From positions 124,001-188,000 of the forward strand of contig JAANOX010000261.1 of NCBI GenBank assembly GCA_020184695.1: 64,000 nt of DNA, given 5' to 3'. The stretch is from Histomonas meleagridis 2922-C6/04-290x. Lineage: Eukaryota > Protista > Parabasalia. The notes under the pieces were generated by a model. It was not told the origin of the DNA. It was given only the letters and a program-made list of their open reading frames with translations, and made no database searches. Position numbers and translations under genes: made by a program. Below are positions 1 to 14,000 of the stretch, piece after piece; position 1 is the first letter of the stretch; each line of letters starts with the position of its first letter.

Positions 1-1
1 A

Positions 2-454
2 ATGACTTATGCATTTGATTATGTTCTTGAGAATCAAAGTGCTAAATTTATGCTTGAAGATGATTATCCATATACCGCATTCCAAAGCACATGTAAATTC
101 AATTCGTCATTAGCTACTGGTTCTATTTCAAGATATATCAATATAGTTCAAGCTGATGAAGCAGACCTTCAAGCGAAGCTTACAAATCACGGACCAGTAT
201 GCTGTGCAATAGATGCCTCACTCACAAGTTTTCAACTTTATAAAAAGGGAATTTATGATGAACCAAAATGTTCGTCCACATTACTTGACCATGGCGTTGG
301 TTGCGTTGGCTTTGGTAAAGAAGGAGATAAAAATTATTGGATCATTCGAAATTCTTGGGGTACAAGTTGGGGTGAAAATGGTTATATTCGTATGGTCAAG
401 AATAAGAACAATCAATGTGGTGTTGCCACAACGGCAATTGTACCAATTGCATAA
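2..454 (+). CDS. Cathepsin L-like papain-family (C1A) cysteine protease, C-terminal part (5' end outside window)
   Basis: Catalytic His region LLDHGVGCVGFG, Asn motif WIIRNSWGTSWGENGY, and C-terminal NNQCGVA typical of papain-like proteases. Confidence 0.95.
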   Translation: MTYAFDYVLENQSAKFMLEDDYPYTAFQSTCKFNSSLATGSISRYINIVQADEADLQAKLTNHGPVCCAIDASLTSFQLYKKGIYDEPKCSSTLLDHGVGCVGFGKEGDKNYWIIRNSWGTSWGENGYIRMVKNKNNQCGVATTAIVPIA

Positions 455-920
455 CTAAATGCTTTAGAAAGCAAATCTCACCTTATTTTTATCCTTACAA
501 ACGACCATTTACAAATTTTTAGTGTGGCTAAAACCAATTTCTGCGATGATGTTATCTATGTCAACTAATATCCATGTTTTCACAACTTCAATAAGACATT
601 GATTTTTCTAAGCACTATTTTGTGTCTTTAATATAATATATTTTTTGAACAAATATTCTAAATATAGACTCTATTAACACGCTTTTGACAAAGATAAATA
701 AACGAATTCGCTTAAAAAATCAAAGACGTTAAATCACTTCACGTTGTACTGTAACCGTCTGGCTAGTTTAATTTTTTTGATAAGAGCCTTTTCAAATTTG
801 AATTGTACAAATTTGTATTAATTTTTCACTAAGCCTGTTGCTTGCCAGATGGTTACAATAGCTATTCAAATCAATGAATATAACCGCACAAAATTTGAGA
901 ACAATCGCACGTTCAAAAAA

Positions 921-3900
921 ATGTTTTTTTCCTCCTCTTGAAATGGATATCATGTAATATACCTATTTTTACAACATCATTAGGTGGAAATATAATATTT
1001 GACTCAAGTAAAAAGATGGTACTTTCGTCGAATAATCAATGGACTTATGTGTACTTTCAGAATTCACCAAATATTCATCAGCTAAAAGATCATGATATTG
1101 ACTTACAAAAGGGTGTTGTGTATAAAAATGTTTATAAGCTTTATTTGACACCAAAACAAATTTCGTTTTTACAAAAAAATGAAGCTCTCCTTACACCTAT
1201 TGATCCAAATAGCAAATTAATTAATATAACTAAGATTAGTAATTCGAAGCAATTACATGTTAAAGGAGAATTTAATCAAATTTCACCAAAGAATAAATCA
1301 TTTTATACAATAATATCTTATTCAGAAGATCATCTCATTATTGAAACCAAGGATCCCATCAAATCATCCAAATATTTTAGTTCATTACCTGAAGTTGAAT
1401 TTATCAGTTCATATGAACCACCAACATCAGCCAATAATATTGCATCAGGGTTCACACAAAAGAATACTGCTGATCTTATTACAGATACACATGGTAATAT
1501 TATTGCACCTCGATATCTTGAGTCCAAAGGACTGACAGGTAAAAATCAAGCAGTTGCATTGGTTGATGATTCGCTTGATTATTATCATTCACATTTTTAT
1601 GATCCTTCGGTAAACATGACTTTTAACAAATTTATACCAAATCATCGAAAGATTTCATATTATTATAATTTTTTTGAGACTGAAGAATCATTATATAAAA
1701 ACTTTATGCCAAACAAATCTCATGGTACGCATGTATCAGGTACTATAGCAGGAAAATCATTAAATGAAAATGATAAAATTAATTCATATAATGGTGTAGC
1801 TCCTGACTCTAAACTTATGTATTTAGGTTTATTTGATGAAAATTTTAACGCACTTATGGCAAACACAAGCAAATTAGTTGAAATAATTCAAGCAGGTAAT
1901 TTTCATATCTTTACTAATTCATGGGGTTCTTTTTCATCACTGGATATACGAGAATTTCAATATTTATTTGATAAAATTATATATGAAGATAATGTTGGTG
2001 AAAGCTGTTTGATACTTTTTTGTGCAGGTAATGAAGGAAAAAATGGATTTTATACAATTCGTTCACCCGGTAATTCAAAAAATGTTTTAACTGTTGGCGC
2101 AGCATCCAAAGTTTTCGATTATCAAAATTTTAAAATCATTATTACAAATGAAGAAGGAAAACGAGTAAAAGTATTTAGACAAGATCCACAGCCTTATTCT
2201 GCTGGTGAATTTAATATAGTCAATATGAAATTTTATTTATCAAATTGTTCTGACTTTAGTATGCCAAAGATGAGTAAGAAATTTTTATATTTTGATATTA
2301 ATGATTTAAATAAAATTAAAAGTGATTTTTCTGAAGTATTAGCTCAAATACAAAATTATGATATAAATGGACTTGTTTTTGATATAAAATTTAAAGAATT
2401 TAATGATTATAGTTCATATTTCCCGAATCCTGATCCTGGTCTTGTTTTCTTTACAAATAATCCAACAGTGCTTAAATCAGATGTCGGAAAATATATTATA
2501 ATAAATTATACTTATGATTCACTTATAGGAAAACAAAATTCACAAATTTCTAAATCATTTTATTCTTCAATAGGTCCAACACATTTTGGTGTAATTAAAC
2601 CTGATGTTATGGCACCAGGTTCATTCGTAACGAGTTCTAAATCTAAACAAATAATTGATCCTAATCATGGTTCAAAAGATGATTATTTAAATAATTTATT
2701 TATTGCAGATGGAACATCAATGGCAACACCAAACGCTGCAGGTGCTGCTGCATTAATTTCACAATATTTTGATGATTATAAATATTTAAATGAGAAAGTT
2801 AATATTAATTCATTATTATTAAAATCACTTTTGATTACTTCTGCTTCTAAATCTGATGGAAGTTATACTCCAGATAATTTTTGTGGGTCATGGATTAATA
2901 GATATATCAACTGTATTACCATTTGAAGATGATAATTTTGGTTTAAGATTTTCAAATATTATTAAAATGTCAACAGGCCAAATGCATCATAAAGGTCAAA
3001 TTAAAATTACTAAGAATACAACATCTCTTAAAATTGTTTTATGTTCACATGATAAACCTTTAAGTATCGAATCAATAATACCAATTTATTTCGATTTAGA
3101 TTTAATAGTTATTTCACCAACTAAAAAAATATATATTGGAAATAATCGTATTAATGATACAGAACATTATACATTAAATGAAAAGATTATAATTCCAACG
3201 ACAGAATTAGAAATTGGTGAATATGAAATTCATGTCATATCAAATATTGAAATCACTGAAAATATTTCATATATTATAACAACAATTGGACCATTTGAAC
3301 AAAATGATATAAATTCAAATCCGAAATTTATTGAAATGCAAAACACGAATAAATGTATATCAACAAAAAATTCGAATGGATGTAATAAAGGAAAATTAAT
3401 ATGTAAAAATGGATTTACAGGACAATTATGTAATATTGAATTTCAAGAATTTCCTTCATATATAACAAGTTCATCAACAATTTTACCAGAAAATTCAGAA
3501 TTTATTATGCAGCCGAATACATTAAAATTCTTTAAAGTTTCAAAATATTCTAATTATGATGAATTATTAGTCGTGTTATTCTCTAATCAATATAATAATC
3601 AATATTCATTTCTATGGGAAATGGGGAAACCTGAAAATTATATTCCAGCATTATCACAAAATGCTTATCAATGTATAACATCACAAAATGCTTATCAATG
3701 TATAACATCACAAAATGTATTTTCAATTGAAAATGAGCCAATAACAACTAATGCATCACAAGAAAATTACTTCTTTATCTCAAATAATTATCCTTATTCT
3801 TCAACATTTTTTGCAGCTGTATTAAATAAGCCTAATGAAAATGATCCATTATGTTTCTGTAATAACAATGATTGTAGTAATAAAGAAATATGTAAATTAC

Positions 3901-4768
3901 AAAATACATATTCAACAATTTCTGTGTTATATGGAATTTTTTATTATTGTCATGATAGAGTAATTTATATCGATAAAGATATCGAAATACCTTCAACACT
4001 TTTAATTATAGAAAAACCAACCTTTGAATTACTTAAAAATAATAATACTAATTCAAAACATTTGGTTACTTTTATGAATTGTGTTTCTTCTGCTAGTACT
4101 TCTAATTATTATTTATCGATCAATAATTTAAGAATTAAATTTGCTGAAACAAGTCAAGTTTCAAGCAACATAATTCCATTCGAATATTTAGAACTTAAAA
4201 ATATTACTTTTGAAGATAATAATAATTTTATTTTATCAATCAAAAATTTAATTACTGATTATGGAATCATTTGATTCAAATATGCAAATTACTCAATCAA
4301 TTAAAATGAATAATTCTGAAATTTCAATTAAAACTATAAAACTTTATAATAATTCTATAGATTTTATTAATTCTAATGAAGAAATAAAGAAAATTAATTT
4401 AATTGAAAATCTTAAAATTGAGTTTCTTGTAATATGTAATAATACTTTAATTAATATATTAAAAGATGAAAGTCATGAATTAAGTTTACCAAACAATGTT
4501 CAAATTATTATTAATTAATTTTAATGGAACAGTAAATTCAAATTATAAAATTGATGAAAGTATTAAAGATAAAGTTACAATAATAATGGAAGAAAATGAA
4601 AATAAACATAAAAAAGGTTTAACAACATTGCAAATTGTTTTGATTGCTGTTGGTTCTGTTGTTGTAGTTGTAGTTGTCATAGTGATAATTATAATACTTA
4701 TGAAAAGAAAAAAGAAAAATTATGAAAGTATGTCATCAACTGACGTAATAAATAAAGAATTGATTTGA
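921..4768 (+). CDS. Membrane-anchored subtilisin-like (S8) serine protease, split by frameshifts into ORFs 938-2926, 2856-4274, 4261-4518 and 4496-4768
   Basis: Catalytic motifs VDDSLD (D), HGTHVSGT (H), AGNEG (oxyanion N), GTSMATP (S). EGF-like C..C.NGFTGQLC segment, C-terminal TM (IVLIAVGSVVVVVVVIVIIIILM) and basic stop-transfer KRKKK. ATG at 921 joins the ORF (signal MFFFLLLKWISC) if one T is added to a T7 run. Confidence 0.85.
3654..3717 (+). repeat. Perfect 27-bp in-frame tandem duplication (2 copies plus partial) in the subtilisin gene
   Basis: tcacaaaatgcttatcaatgtataaca x2 followed by tcacaaaatg; encodes SQNAYQCIT twice. Confidence 0.95.
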
Positions 4769-5619
4769 GTAAATTTTATATTATTTTTCAGTAAATTTAA
4801 ATGCTTTCATTTCAGTTAATTGCATCACATCAAATGCTAGCTTACAATATATTGCATTCATCAACCACGAATTCACAGCATCGCGCACCAGTCTCTACGC
4901 AAAAAAAGTGTTCCATTTACTTTTATTTTATATCCATGAGAAATAATTCTGAACATTACTTCCAAGAGATACTTCGCAACAAAAACACATGTACATAAAC
5001 ATTTACAATGTCGTTATCTCTCTTTTATACCGATGAAATTGTACTCTTCAAAAATTAAACAAAAAAACTTATTTAAATATTAGATATCTATTATCATTGA
5101 CACAAAGTAACAAACATAAAAAAAATACTGTTGATAAAATTAAATAATTTTTGTCATTCATTCATTTTTTTGAATTAGAAAAAGTGTCTATTTATTGAAA
5201 AACGTTGAGATAAATTAATTTTCATTCTTCTCTGGATCGAATAGGGCTCTTTCTAATTTCCAAATTTAAACAACGAATGATATATCGCATCCACCAACAT
5301 ATTGAAATATGTTAAAAAAAAATTGAATCGTTAATCAACATTTTAAGAATTAAATAAAATGGCGAATTTTATTTAAATATTAGCGAACTTGATTTATTAC
5401 TTTTATTATTTAGTAAGTGCTTTAAGTACGCATAATGCTTTACTCAAATTTTCATTTTTCCACATTTCTCAAGAAAAGCGCTGCAACTTTTACACATTTA
5501 TCTGTTATTGGATATCTTTCATCGAACATAATCCAAGAATAATGTTTAGGTTCAAGCGTATTTACAATTTTATCAAGTATCATGCCTAATTTCTGAGATT
5601 CTTCCATAAGATCTGTTAT

Positions 5620-6290
5620 CTATTGCGGTATTTCGAATGAACTTGCTTTCCTTTGACCTTCTAAAATTAATTCTATTAAAAACATAGTTGCATCACGTTG
5701 TGAAATATATTTTGGATATTTCATAACAGGTTCAATGTTTTCATTTATTTGAAGTGTTCTAAAAAAGTTATCAATTGTTAAATTCATTAGCCCTCCATCC
5801 AAAATATAAATCATAAAATTCACCAATTGTTTCTTTAGGATTTTTATCCATTTCTTTAAGCCAATTATATGTAAATTTGTTTGCTAATTTTGCACAAACT
5901 GTTTCATTATTTTTATAACCATATGATGGTTCTTTCTCATTAGATGCTGCGATAATTGTCATGTTTGGTGCAATATATTGTGATCCTGAATAACAGGTTT
6001 GATTCCAAATAAACAATATTTATAAAGATTTTTCATATGAATCGTATTTAAAACATCATTAAGAGATTCTGCTTTTGTATTATCATCTGTTGGTATGTCT
6101 AAAGCTCCTAATGTACGTTGGTCAACGTAATAAATAAATAAGTAACCTACAGAATTTGATGGTAAAGATGTTAATACTTTGTGAAAATTGGCTGCAGTAA
6201 CTTGTTCTCCTTTATATTTAATTGCATCAGATCCTGAATAAACATCAATGTAAGAAAAATCATGAAATATTCTTCCTTTGTATGCCTATC
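5620..6290 (-). pseudogene. Legumain / asparaginyl endopeptidase (C13) fragment, N-terminally truncated and frameshifted
   Basis: Reading across frames gives DVYSG...YKGEQVTAANF, QTCYSGS (catalytic Cys), IIAASNEKEPSYG, and ISQRDA (prodomain motif). The His site reads YVDQR instead of DHG. Confidence 0.75.
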
Positions 6291-6401
6291 TGAAAAAAAG
6301 ACTACCAAATTTTGCTGTGATTGAATTAAATAAAAAATTTGCTGAGAAAAAGCATTCTTCAAGAAATTTTAAGTTCTGTAGTTTATTATTAAAAGTGATA
6401 A

Positions 6402-7826
6402 ATGATGAAAATTTTAGCTTCTTTACTTTTTTTTAAAATAGAATATTATCATGGAAAGTGGGAAGCGCACACAGATGCCCCAATTCAATGGATTCTCAAA
6501 GGGGGAACCGGTTCTCGGCTCCAAGCATCTTTTTTGTATACAAATCTCACAGAATCGAATGGTTTTAGTGTAGAAGGGAATATCAGTCTTAAAAAAACTA
6601 ACAAATATAAATTTCCGAGTAAAATGCGTGTCATTGGATATAGTGATTCAGATATTCAAAATATGTTTTTAATTGTTCCAAAATCAAAGTATAACCTATC
6701 ACTTTTCAGGTTTACAGACAACCTTAAAAAGCTTATTACTGCCAATGATCCAAGCCATCAAGAGATTCATTCATTTGTTTCCAAAGAACTCAATGCACGT
6801 CAAATACAAAGTTTTTTTCTTAAGCGCACACAAAACAAAGAAGCAAAGAGTGTATTTTGGTATAATATGAACCATTCCATAAGTGGAACATATCATTCAT
6901 TTCCAACAGATTTGAAGCTTCAGGGCACCGAAATCGATCTTCCGAGTTACTTACGTGAATCCCGCGTATTTGCTGTCATTTGTTCCTTATCTTTTTGTGT
7001 TCATTATCTCATTTGGAGATCGACCAATTTTAATAATCTACAACCATTTTCATATATTTCCGCCATGTGCAATTGTTATTTTGACCTAATATTTGGTTTA
7101 TTTCTATTATACACTGGAAGTTCATGGAATGAATTGCGATCATTATATCAATCACTATTTGTAATGACAAGTTTCATGAATGTTATTCCAGAGGTATATT
7201 TATTATTACGTATAATTAAACGCGATGTACGTAGTCGAAGTCGTAACAAATATATTTGTCGAGTCACTATCTCATTTATGATGTTTATGTTTTATATGTT
7301 TTTATTTTCACAACTTCAAGAACATCCAATAATATCGCAATTGTTTTTGTTTTCTACATGGATACCGCAAATCTTTATTTCATCAATTGCAAGTATCCGT
7401 AAGTCATTAACCACTAAATATGTAATTATTTCAACATTATCACGACTTGTACCTTTCGCTTATATTAATTCGAAAGAATCAAATATTTTCGGATTACCAC
7501 GCGAAAAGTTATTTGTTGTTGTGGTGATATGGTGCTTTATACAAATAATAATATTTACTTTGCAAAATAAGTTCGGAGGCGATTTCTTTATTCCAATACG
7601 TTTGAGAAAGACAACATACGATTATTATGAGAAAAAGCCGGAACAAGATACTAAATGTTTAGTGTGCTTGGAAATTATCGGTAATAATGAACTTGCGGTA
7701 TGTACTCCATGTAATCATTTCTTTCATGATAGATGTTTGAGAGAATGGTGTGAGTTTCATCAGATTTGTCCTGTGTGTAGAAAGAATTTGCCACCATTAC
7801 CAACTATAGAAAATACAGATGTTTGA
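6402..7826 (+). CDS. Multi-pass transmembrane RING-H2 E3 ubiquitin ligase (Tul1/Dsc1-like)
   Basis: About 6-7 hydrophobic helices followed by C-terminal CLVCLE...PCNHFFHDRCLREW...CPVCR RING-H2. Confidence 0.85.
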   Translation: MMKILASLLFFKIEYYHGKWEAHTDAPIQWILKGGTGSRLQASFLYTNLTESNGFSVEGNISLKKTNKYKFPSKMRVIGYSDSDIQNMFLIVPKSKYNLSLFRFTDNLKKLITANDPSHQEIHSFVSKELNARQIQSFFLKRTQNKEAKSVFWYNMNHSISGTYHSFPTDLKLQGTEIDLPSYLRESRVFAVICSLSFCVHYLIWRSTNFNNLQPFSYISAMCNCYFDLIFGLFLLYTGSSWNELRSLYQSLFVMTSFMNVIPEVYLLLRIIKRDVRSRSRNKYICRVTISFMMFMFYMFLFSQLQEHPIISQLFLFSTWIPQIFISSIASIRKSLTTKYVIISTLSRLVPFAYINSKESNIFGLPREKLFVVVVIWCFIQIIIFTLQNKFGGDFFIPIRLRKTTYDYYEKKPEQDTKCLVCLEIIGNNELAVCTPCNHFFHDRCLREWCEFHQICPVCRKNLPPLPTIENTDV

Positions 7827-7924
7827 TTAAATTGTTAATAAAAAATTAAATGATTTATCGTATACTGAAAAAGTTTAATTTTTAAACGTGCAAATGAGGG
7901 ATTGTTTACGAAAAGTGGCAATAG

Positions 7925-8998
7925 ATGAGAAAGTTCGACCTTTTCCCAAAGGTTTCTGATGAAACTTTGGATAAGAAAACTAGAAAGGGCGCAATTGTAT
8001 CTCTCATCACATTTTGTTTTATGTTGTTAATAATATTTCTTGAAATTTCACATTTTCAAAAACAAAAAGAAATAAAACAACATGCTATGATAAAAAACCA
8101 GTTAATATATGAAGGGAAGCCAATAGATATTTTTATGGATGTTACAGTTTCATATCCTTGTCAATTACTCAATTTGATGGTACAAGACATCACAGGAAAT
8201 CATCAACTTACAGCTACACAAAGTATATCAAGGCAGAGACTAGATTCAAGCCACAGACCAATTGATCCAACTGAAATTTTTGATAATGATCAAAAAAGCA
8301 TTTTTTCCAAATGCGGAAGTTGTTATGGAAGTAATTACTCTGAATGTTGTCTTACATGTTTTGATGTTGTTTCAGCTTTTAAATTACAGAATAAACTTGT
8401 TCCAAATCTCAGAAATGTGGATCAATGCGTAAGAGACAAAAAAGCTATTAGTGATGGTGAAAGCTGTAGAATAAAAGCTAAAGTCAGAACATCATTTTCG
8501 TCTGGGCGTATTACGCTTCGTGCAGGAGGAAATACAAAAATGCCAATACATTACAAAAATGATTTCTCATATTTGGGTGAAAGTGCAAATCTTTCGCATT
8601 GGATTCATGAGTTACGCTTTGGTGAGGGTGTTAAAGAATTTATAAATCCACTTGACAATTCTCAATATCTCCAATATGGCCCAGGATTTTACCACTTTAA
8701 ATACACTGCAACAATTGTTCCTTCTGTTTACACTTTGGATAATGGGGAAAAGATTGAAACAAATCAATATTCAGTCACATTCTCACCAAAACAAATCACA
8801 AAAACAATATCAAAACAGCACCCAAGTATTGACTTTGTGTTTGAGACCTCCCCTATTTCAGTAGAAACAGTTAAAACAACAAAAGGATACCTTCAGCTGA
8901 TCACTGGAATTTGTGCTATCATTGGCGGCGGTTTTACTCTTGGGGGGCTCCTAGACCGTTTATTATATAGAATTGATAGGATGAAACCACATAAATAA
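7925..8998 (+). CDS. ERGIC3/Erv46-family ER-Golgi vesicle protein
   Basis: N-terminal MRKFDLFPK, TM helix, CGSCYG..ECCLTCFDV motif, GESCRI, NLSHWIHELRFG, C-terminal CAIIGGGFTLGGLLD. Confidence 0.9.
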   Translation: MRKFDLFPKVSDETLDKKTRKGAIVSLITFCFMLLIIFLEISHFQKQKEIKQHAMIKNQLIYEGKPIDIFMDVTVSYPCQLLNLMVQDITGNHQLTATQSISRQRLDSSHRPIDPTEIFDNDQKSIFSKCGSCYGSNYSECCLTCFDVVSAFKLQNKLVPNLRNVDQCVRDKKAISDGESCRIKAKVRTSFSSGRITLRAGGNTKMPIHYKNDFSYLGESANLSHWIHELRFGEGVKEFINPLDNSQYLQYGPGFYHFKYTATIVPSVYTLDNGEKIETNQYSVTFSPKQITKTISKQHPSIDFVFETSPISVETVKTTKGYLQLITGICAIIGGGFTLGGLLDRLLYRIDRMKPHK

Positions 8999-11076
8999 AT
9001 ATTTGTTCATTTTTAATTTCAACAACATGTGTAATCCTACATATTAGGGTTTTTCATCTTGAGCAGATCTCTGCCCACACCGGCACATATTTTTTATATG
9101 TAAACATTGGAAAATATGCTCAAACTCCTTGAAACCTAGTGAAAAAGATCGATAGCTTTTTTTGAATTGTTTATCAATGACGATTAAACTTCAGTGAATA
9201 TTAAATTTCTTCAACTTTTGTATTCAATGCTTCCAAAGTTGAAAGAGCTTTTAGGCGTAGAGAAGGGATGTGTAAACGAAATGCTTTGTGTACAGATGTT
9301 TTGTCAATTTTTTTTGATCCTAATTGTTATTTCATTATGACTTCATTTACAAGAGATCCTGTTCTAAAAGTGACACTTATTCAACACCTATCATTAGGGG
9401 TACCCTGCCCATTTTGCTCTATTTTTGCCAAAAATAAAAAACATTAAATTTAATTTTGAAATATCAAATTATTAAAATAGCGAATCGTAAGAATTTGATC
9501 AAAACTTCGATTTATTTTAATTCATATCCCGAAAAATGACTGTTCATTGAAGGAGCTATCATCCAAATTCAACTGTACTTTTAATTCTCTCACGGGGTTT
9601 CTTAATAGATTTTCTTTGTCATTTTGGGCGTACTTCAGCTTACTTATGGAGGTGTCGGCATATCTTTTGTACACAGGCTGCTCTTTGTTCTTCATTGGGT
9701 TTTTTCCGCTTATTTCCATTTGGATCAAGAAGGAGCGCATTTAATGCCAGATCTAAATTGGGTATAATATTGTGAAGATTGATCATTTATCATTGGGTTA
9801 TGATATGTATTTATCTGATAATGTTTTATCTGAATCAAGAAGTTATTCAATGATTTCATCTAACAACGCCTCTGGTATTGGTGTCAATATATTCTTTTTT
9901 AATGTTGTTAATAAGGTAATAATAAAATTAGCTATTGAATCATGAGTAAAATGGAGTTGTTCATGTGATTTAATAAAGCTATCGATTTGATTGATGGAAT
10001 ATATGATTTGAAAACTATTCTTACCTGATTGGAAAAAGTTCTTGTCTACTTTTTTGATTTTTTTACAAATATCTAGGTGTAAATCAATATATTTTATTTG
10101 TATTATAATAATTGCATATGCGATCCTAATAATAATTGAAATAAAAGAATGGATAAATATTATCAAATTTACTTATAATTGATTTCGAAGATTGAATAAT
10201 ATTATCTTTGTTTGAATTAGAAATTAAATTCTCAATATATATTAATGTTTCCCATTCATTTTCACTTTTTACTTGGAATCCTTATGAAATGCCACTTTTG
10301 TGGTTGGGCGTAATGTATAATTTACATAATCGTTCACATCTCAAATTCTATATTAAGAAATTTTTGAAACCCTTCTGACTTCTCTCAATTCGGAATACAT
10401 TACTTCTCGATATAGGAAAAAAATTGGATCTAGACATTAAGTATATATAATATATGTACATAATCGATGTTATCATTCAATGAAAATACTATATTATATT
10501 CAAATAAAGATAAGATAAATTTATTTTAAAATTCAAAAAAGTGACAAAAATCGACTTTTGTATAATTTACTTTTGATTCTCATTCTCTATCGTTATAACG
10601 ATGGAATACATTAAAGAACGATATGTAAACCGTATAAACAGCTCAAAATAACCGATAAAAAAGATCTTGAAATCCAATTATTAGTGAACCTAATGAATAT
10701 GTGAATGAACCATAATATTCGAAATACACTGTGATGTACCTATGTATTCTTATAAATAATTTGATAAATAGTTTTAGTATAATTAAATATGCTTGATATA
10801 CCTTGAGACAAATAGCACAACTAATTTCCTAACAACTAATCAAAATTGAACAATTATTATTGTTTGTTGATTAACGTGAAATATAAATTAGACGATTGAA
10901 AATACATTGATATATGACATTTTGCTAATCATTAAATAAAAGCAAAAGTTTAAAGTAGCATAAAATACCAAATATAGAAGAAATTAGTTGAATAAGTGGT
11001 TAATGTGCAAGCAATGCGACACGCTTCACGAAAAGACGTTAAAATGCCACTTTTCATCTGAAGCAAATTTATCCAA

Positions 11077-14000
11077 ATGCACAAACTGACTCATCTCGAA
11101 TTAAAAATATGCGAACTAATAGAAGACAAATATGTTGGTGCTGGGCACACGTTTGACCATCGTAGCACTTTGGATGAAGAAGCATTTACTCACTCAAATT
11201 TTTTAATCAAAAATCGTTTTAAAGACATGCATTTTGGAATTGAGGATCGCAAGAAAAAATATGAGGAATTCGATGAAGCTTGTTATATTACTAAATTCAA
11301 AGAACGAATTAATATTAAATATGAATTACTTGTTAATATTCTGGAAAATTGCGGGGCGATGATAAATACTTCGCTTATGTTACAGTTTCCTGTTAATTCT
11401 TTTGGTATTTCCATTAGAAAAATGAGTCACAAATCACAAATTCGATACTTAATCGTTTTTTTCATATGTTGGCTTCCAAACCAAATAGAAATCGAGAACT
11501 ACTTTAACAGTATTTATAGTTCTAATGACAAGAACATCAGTGATTCAATAATTTTCTTACAATATATCAATGAATATCGCAAAATTATACACCTAAATGA
11601 ACTTAACTCAGCACTTCCCGACACACAAATGGTAGCCCGAAAGGTTGTTGATGATGAGAAATTTACAACAACGGCGCCAAGTCAACTTTTTTTGACACTT
11701 CTCACAAAAAGCGATTTTGTTTCAATTATCACACAACAGTTTGAATACATTCGGGTCTCAATTGGTAAAGATAATGAGCGAGGGCTTAATTTCCAATTTT
11801 GGAAGAAAAATACTCCCATTTATTGGTATCAACTTACTAATATTATGTATGAAGATTTGTCACTTAAAGATCAAATATTTGGTAAAGGAAAAAAAAATGA
11901 AAATAAAATTACAAAAATTGGAAATATTCAAACAGAGAATGTGCAACCTTTGATAAAGGTAGAGGATAAAACTGAAAAAAAAGAAGAAATTGATGATATT
12001 TTTGATGATGAACCAGAAACAATTTTGGATTTGGGGGAAAAAAATTTTAGTGAACAAATTTTGAAGAAAATGCCAACAGAAGAGGAAATAATCGAAAAAA
12101 AAGAACATGAAGAAGAAATAATAGAAAAAAAAGAACATGAAGAAGAAGAAATCATAGAAAAAAAAGAGCATGAAGAAGAAATCAAGGAGTCAGAGCATGA
12201 AGAGGAAATTAAAGAAATTTTTGAAGATGAACCGGAAACTCTAATACCTGAAAATAGAAATATTAATTATGACTATCTATTAAATAAATTACCAACAGAA
12301 AAAAAAATTAAAGAAGAAATAGAAGAAGAAAAAATGAAACAGAAAGAAGAAGTTAAAGAAATTTTTGATGATGAACCAGAAACACTTACCAACGGAGCAG
12401 AATCCAATAAATATGATTATTTATTAAATAAATTACCAACAGAAGAAGAAATCAAGAAAGAAATAGAAGAAGAAAAATTGAAACAGAAAGAAGAAGTTAA
12501 AGAAATTTTTGATGATGAACCCGAAACATTAATATCAGAACAAGAAAATACTGATTATGATTATTTATTAAATAAATTACCAACAGAAAAAGAAATCAAG
12601 AAAGAAATAGAAGAAGAAAAATTGAAACAGAAAGCAGAAGAAGTTAAAGAAAAGAAAGAAGAAACAAAAGAAATATTTGAAGATAAGCCAGAATCATTAA
12701 TGTCAGAGCAAGAAAATGCTGATTATGATTATTTATTAAATAAATTACCAACAGAAAAAGAAATCAAGAAAGAAATAGAAGAAGAAAAATTGAAACAGAA
12801 AGCAGAAGAAGTTAAAGAAAAGAAAGAAGAAACAAAAGAAATATTTGAAGATAAGCCAGAATCATTAATGTCAGAGCAAGAAAATGCTGATTATGGTTAT
12901 TTGTTAAACAAACTTCCAGCAGAAGAAGAAATTAAAAAAGAAATAGAAGAAGAAAAATTAAAACAGAAAGCAGAAGAAGTTAAAGAAAAGAAAGAAGAAA
13001 CAAAAGAAATATTTGAAGATAAGCCAGAATCATTAATGTCAGAGCAAGAAAATGCTGATTATGAACATTTATTAAATGAATTGCCGAAAGAAGAAGAAAT
13101 CAAAAAAAAAATTGAAGAAGAAAAAATGAGGCAAAAGGAAAAAGAAGTTAAAGAGAAGAAAGAAGAAACAAAAGAAATATTTGCAGATGAACCCGAAACA
13201 TTAATATCAGAACGAAAAAATGCTGATTATAATTATTTATTAAACAATCTTCCAGCAGAAGAAGAAATCAGAAAAGAAATAGAAGAAGAAAAATTAAAAC
13301 AGAAAGCAGAAGAAGTTAAAGAAAAGAAAGAAGAAACAAAAGAAATATTTGCAGATGAGCCTGAAACATTAATATCCGAACAAGGTGAAGGCAAATATGA
13401 TTATTTGTTAAATAATTTGCCAACAGAAGAAGAAATAAAGAGAGAAATAGAAGAAGAAAAATTGAAACAGAAAGCAGAAGAAGTTAAAGAGAAAAAAGAA
13501 GAAATTAAAGAAATATTTGCAGATGAACCCGAAACATTAATATCCGAACAAGGTGAAGGCAAATATGATTATTTATTAAATAATTTGCCAACAGAAGAAG
13601 AAATCAATAAAGAAATAGAAGAAGAAAAATTAAAACAGAAAGCAGAAGAAGTTAAAGAAAAGAAAGAAGAAATCAAAGAAATATTTGAAGATGAACCTAA
13701 AACACTTATTTCTGATAATAATAACAACAATTTTGATTATTTGTTGAAGAATCTTCCAACAACAGACGACATTAAATCAGATATCCAAAAACGTGATTTA
13801 GAAATCGAATCACAATATCAAAATCAAATTAAAGAACGTGAAGTCGAACTCGAACAACTCGAAAATAATTTAGCGAATGTAAATAATATTATAAATGAAC
13901 ATGAAAAAGTTCCAATTGAATTAAACAATGGAACGCAAAAGACATTAAAAGAACTTAAATCAGATGCAGAAAACTTACGAAAACATCTTAATGTTAAGTC

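Noticed and set aside
9000-11070. Short ORFs (9522-9740, 9547-9744, 9843-10166) and an open stretch at about 9200-9447
   Set aside because: No recognisable motifs; consistent with AT-rich intergenic or decayed sequence.
12200-13760. CRISPR-like array
   Set aside because: The repeats are in-frame coding units without unique spacers; eukaryotic context.
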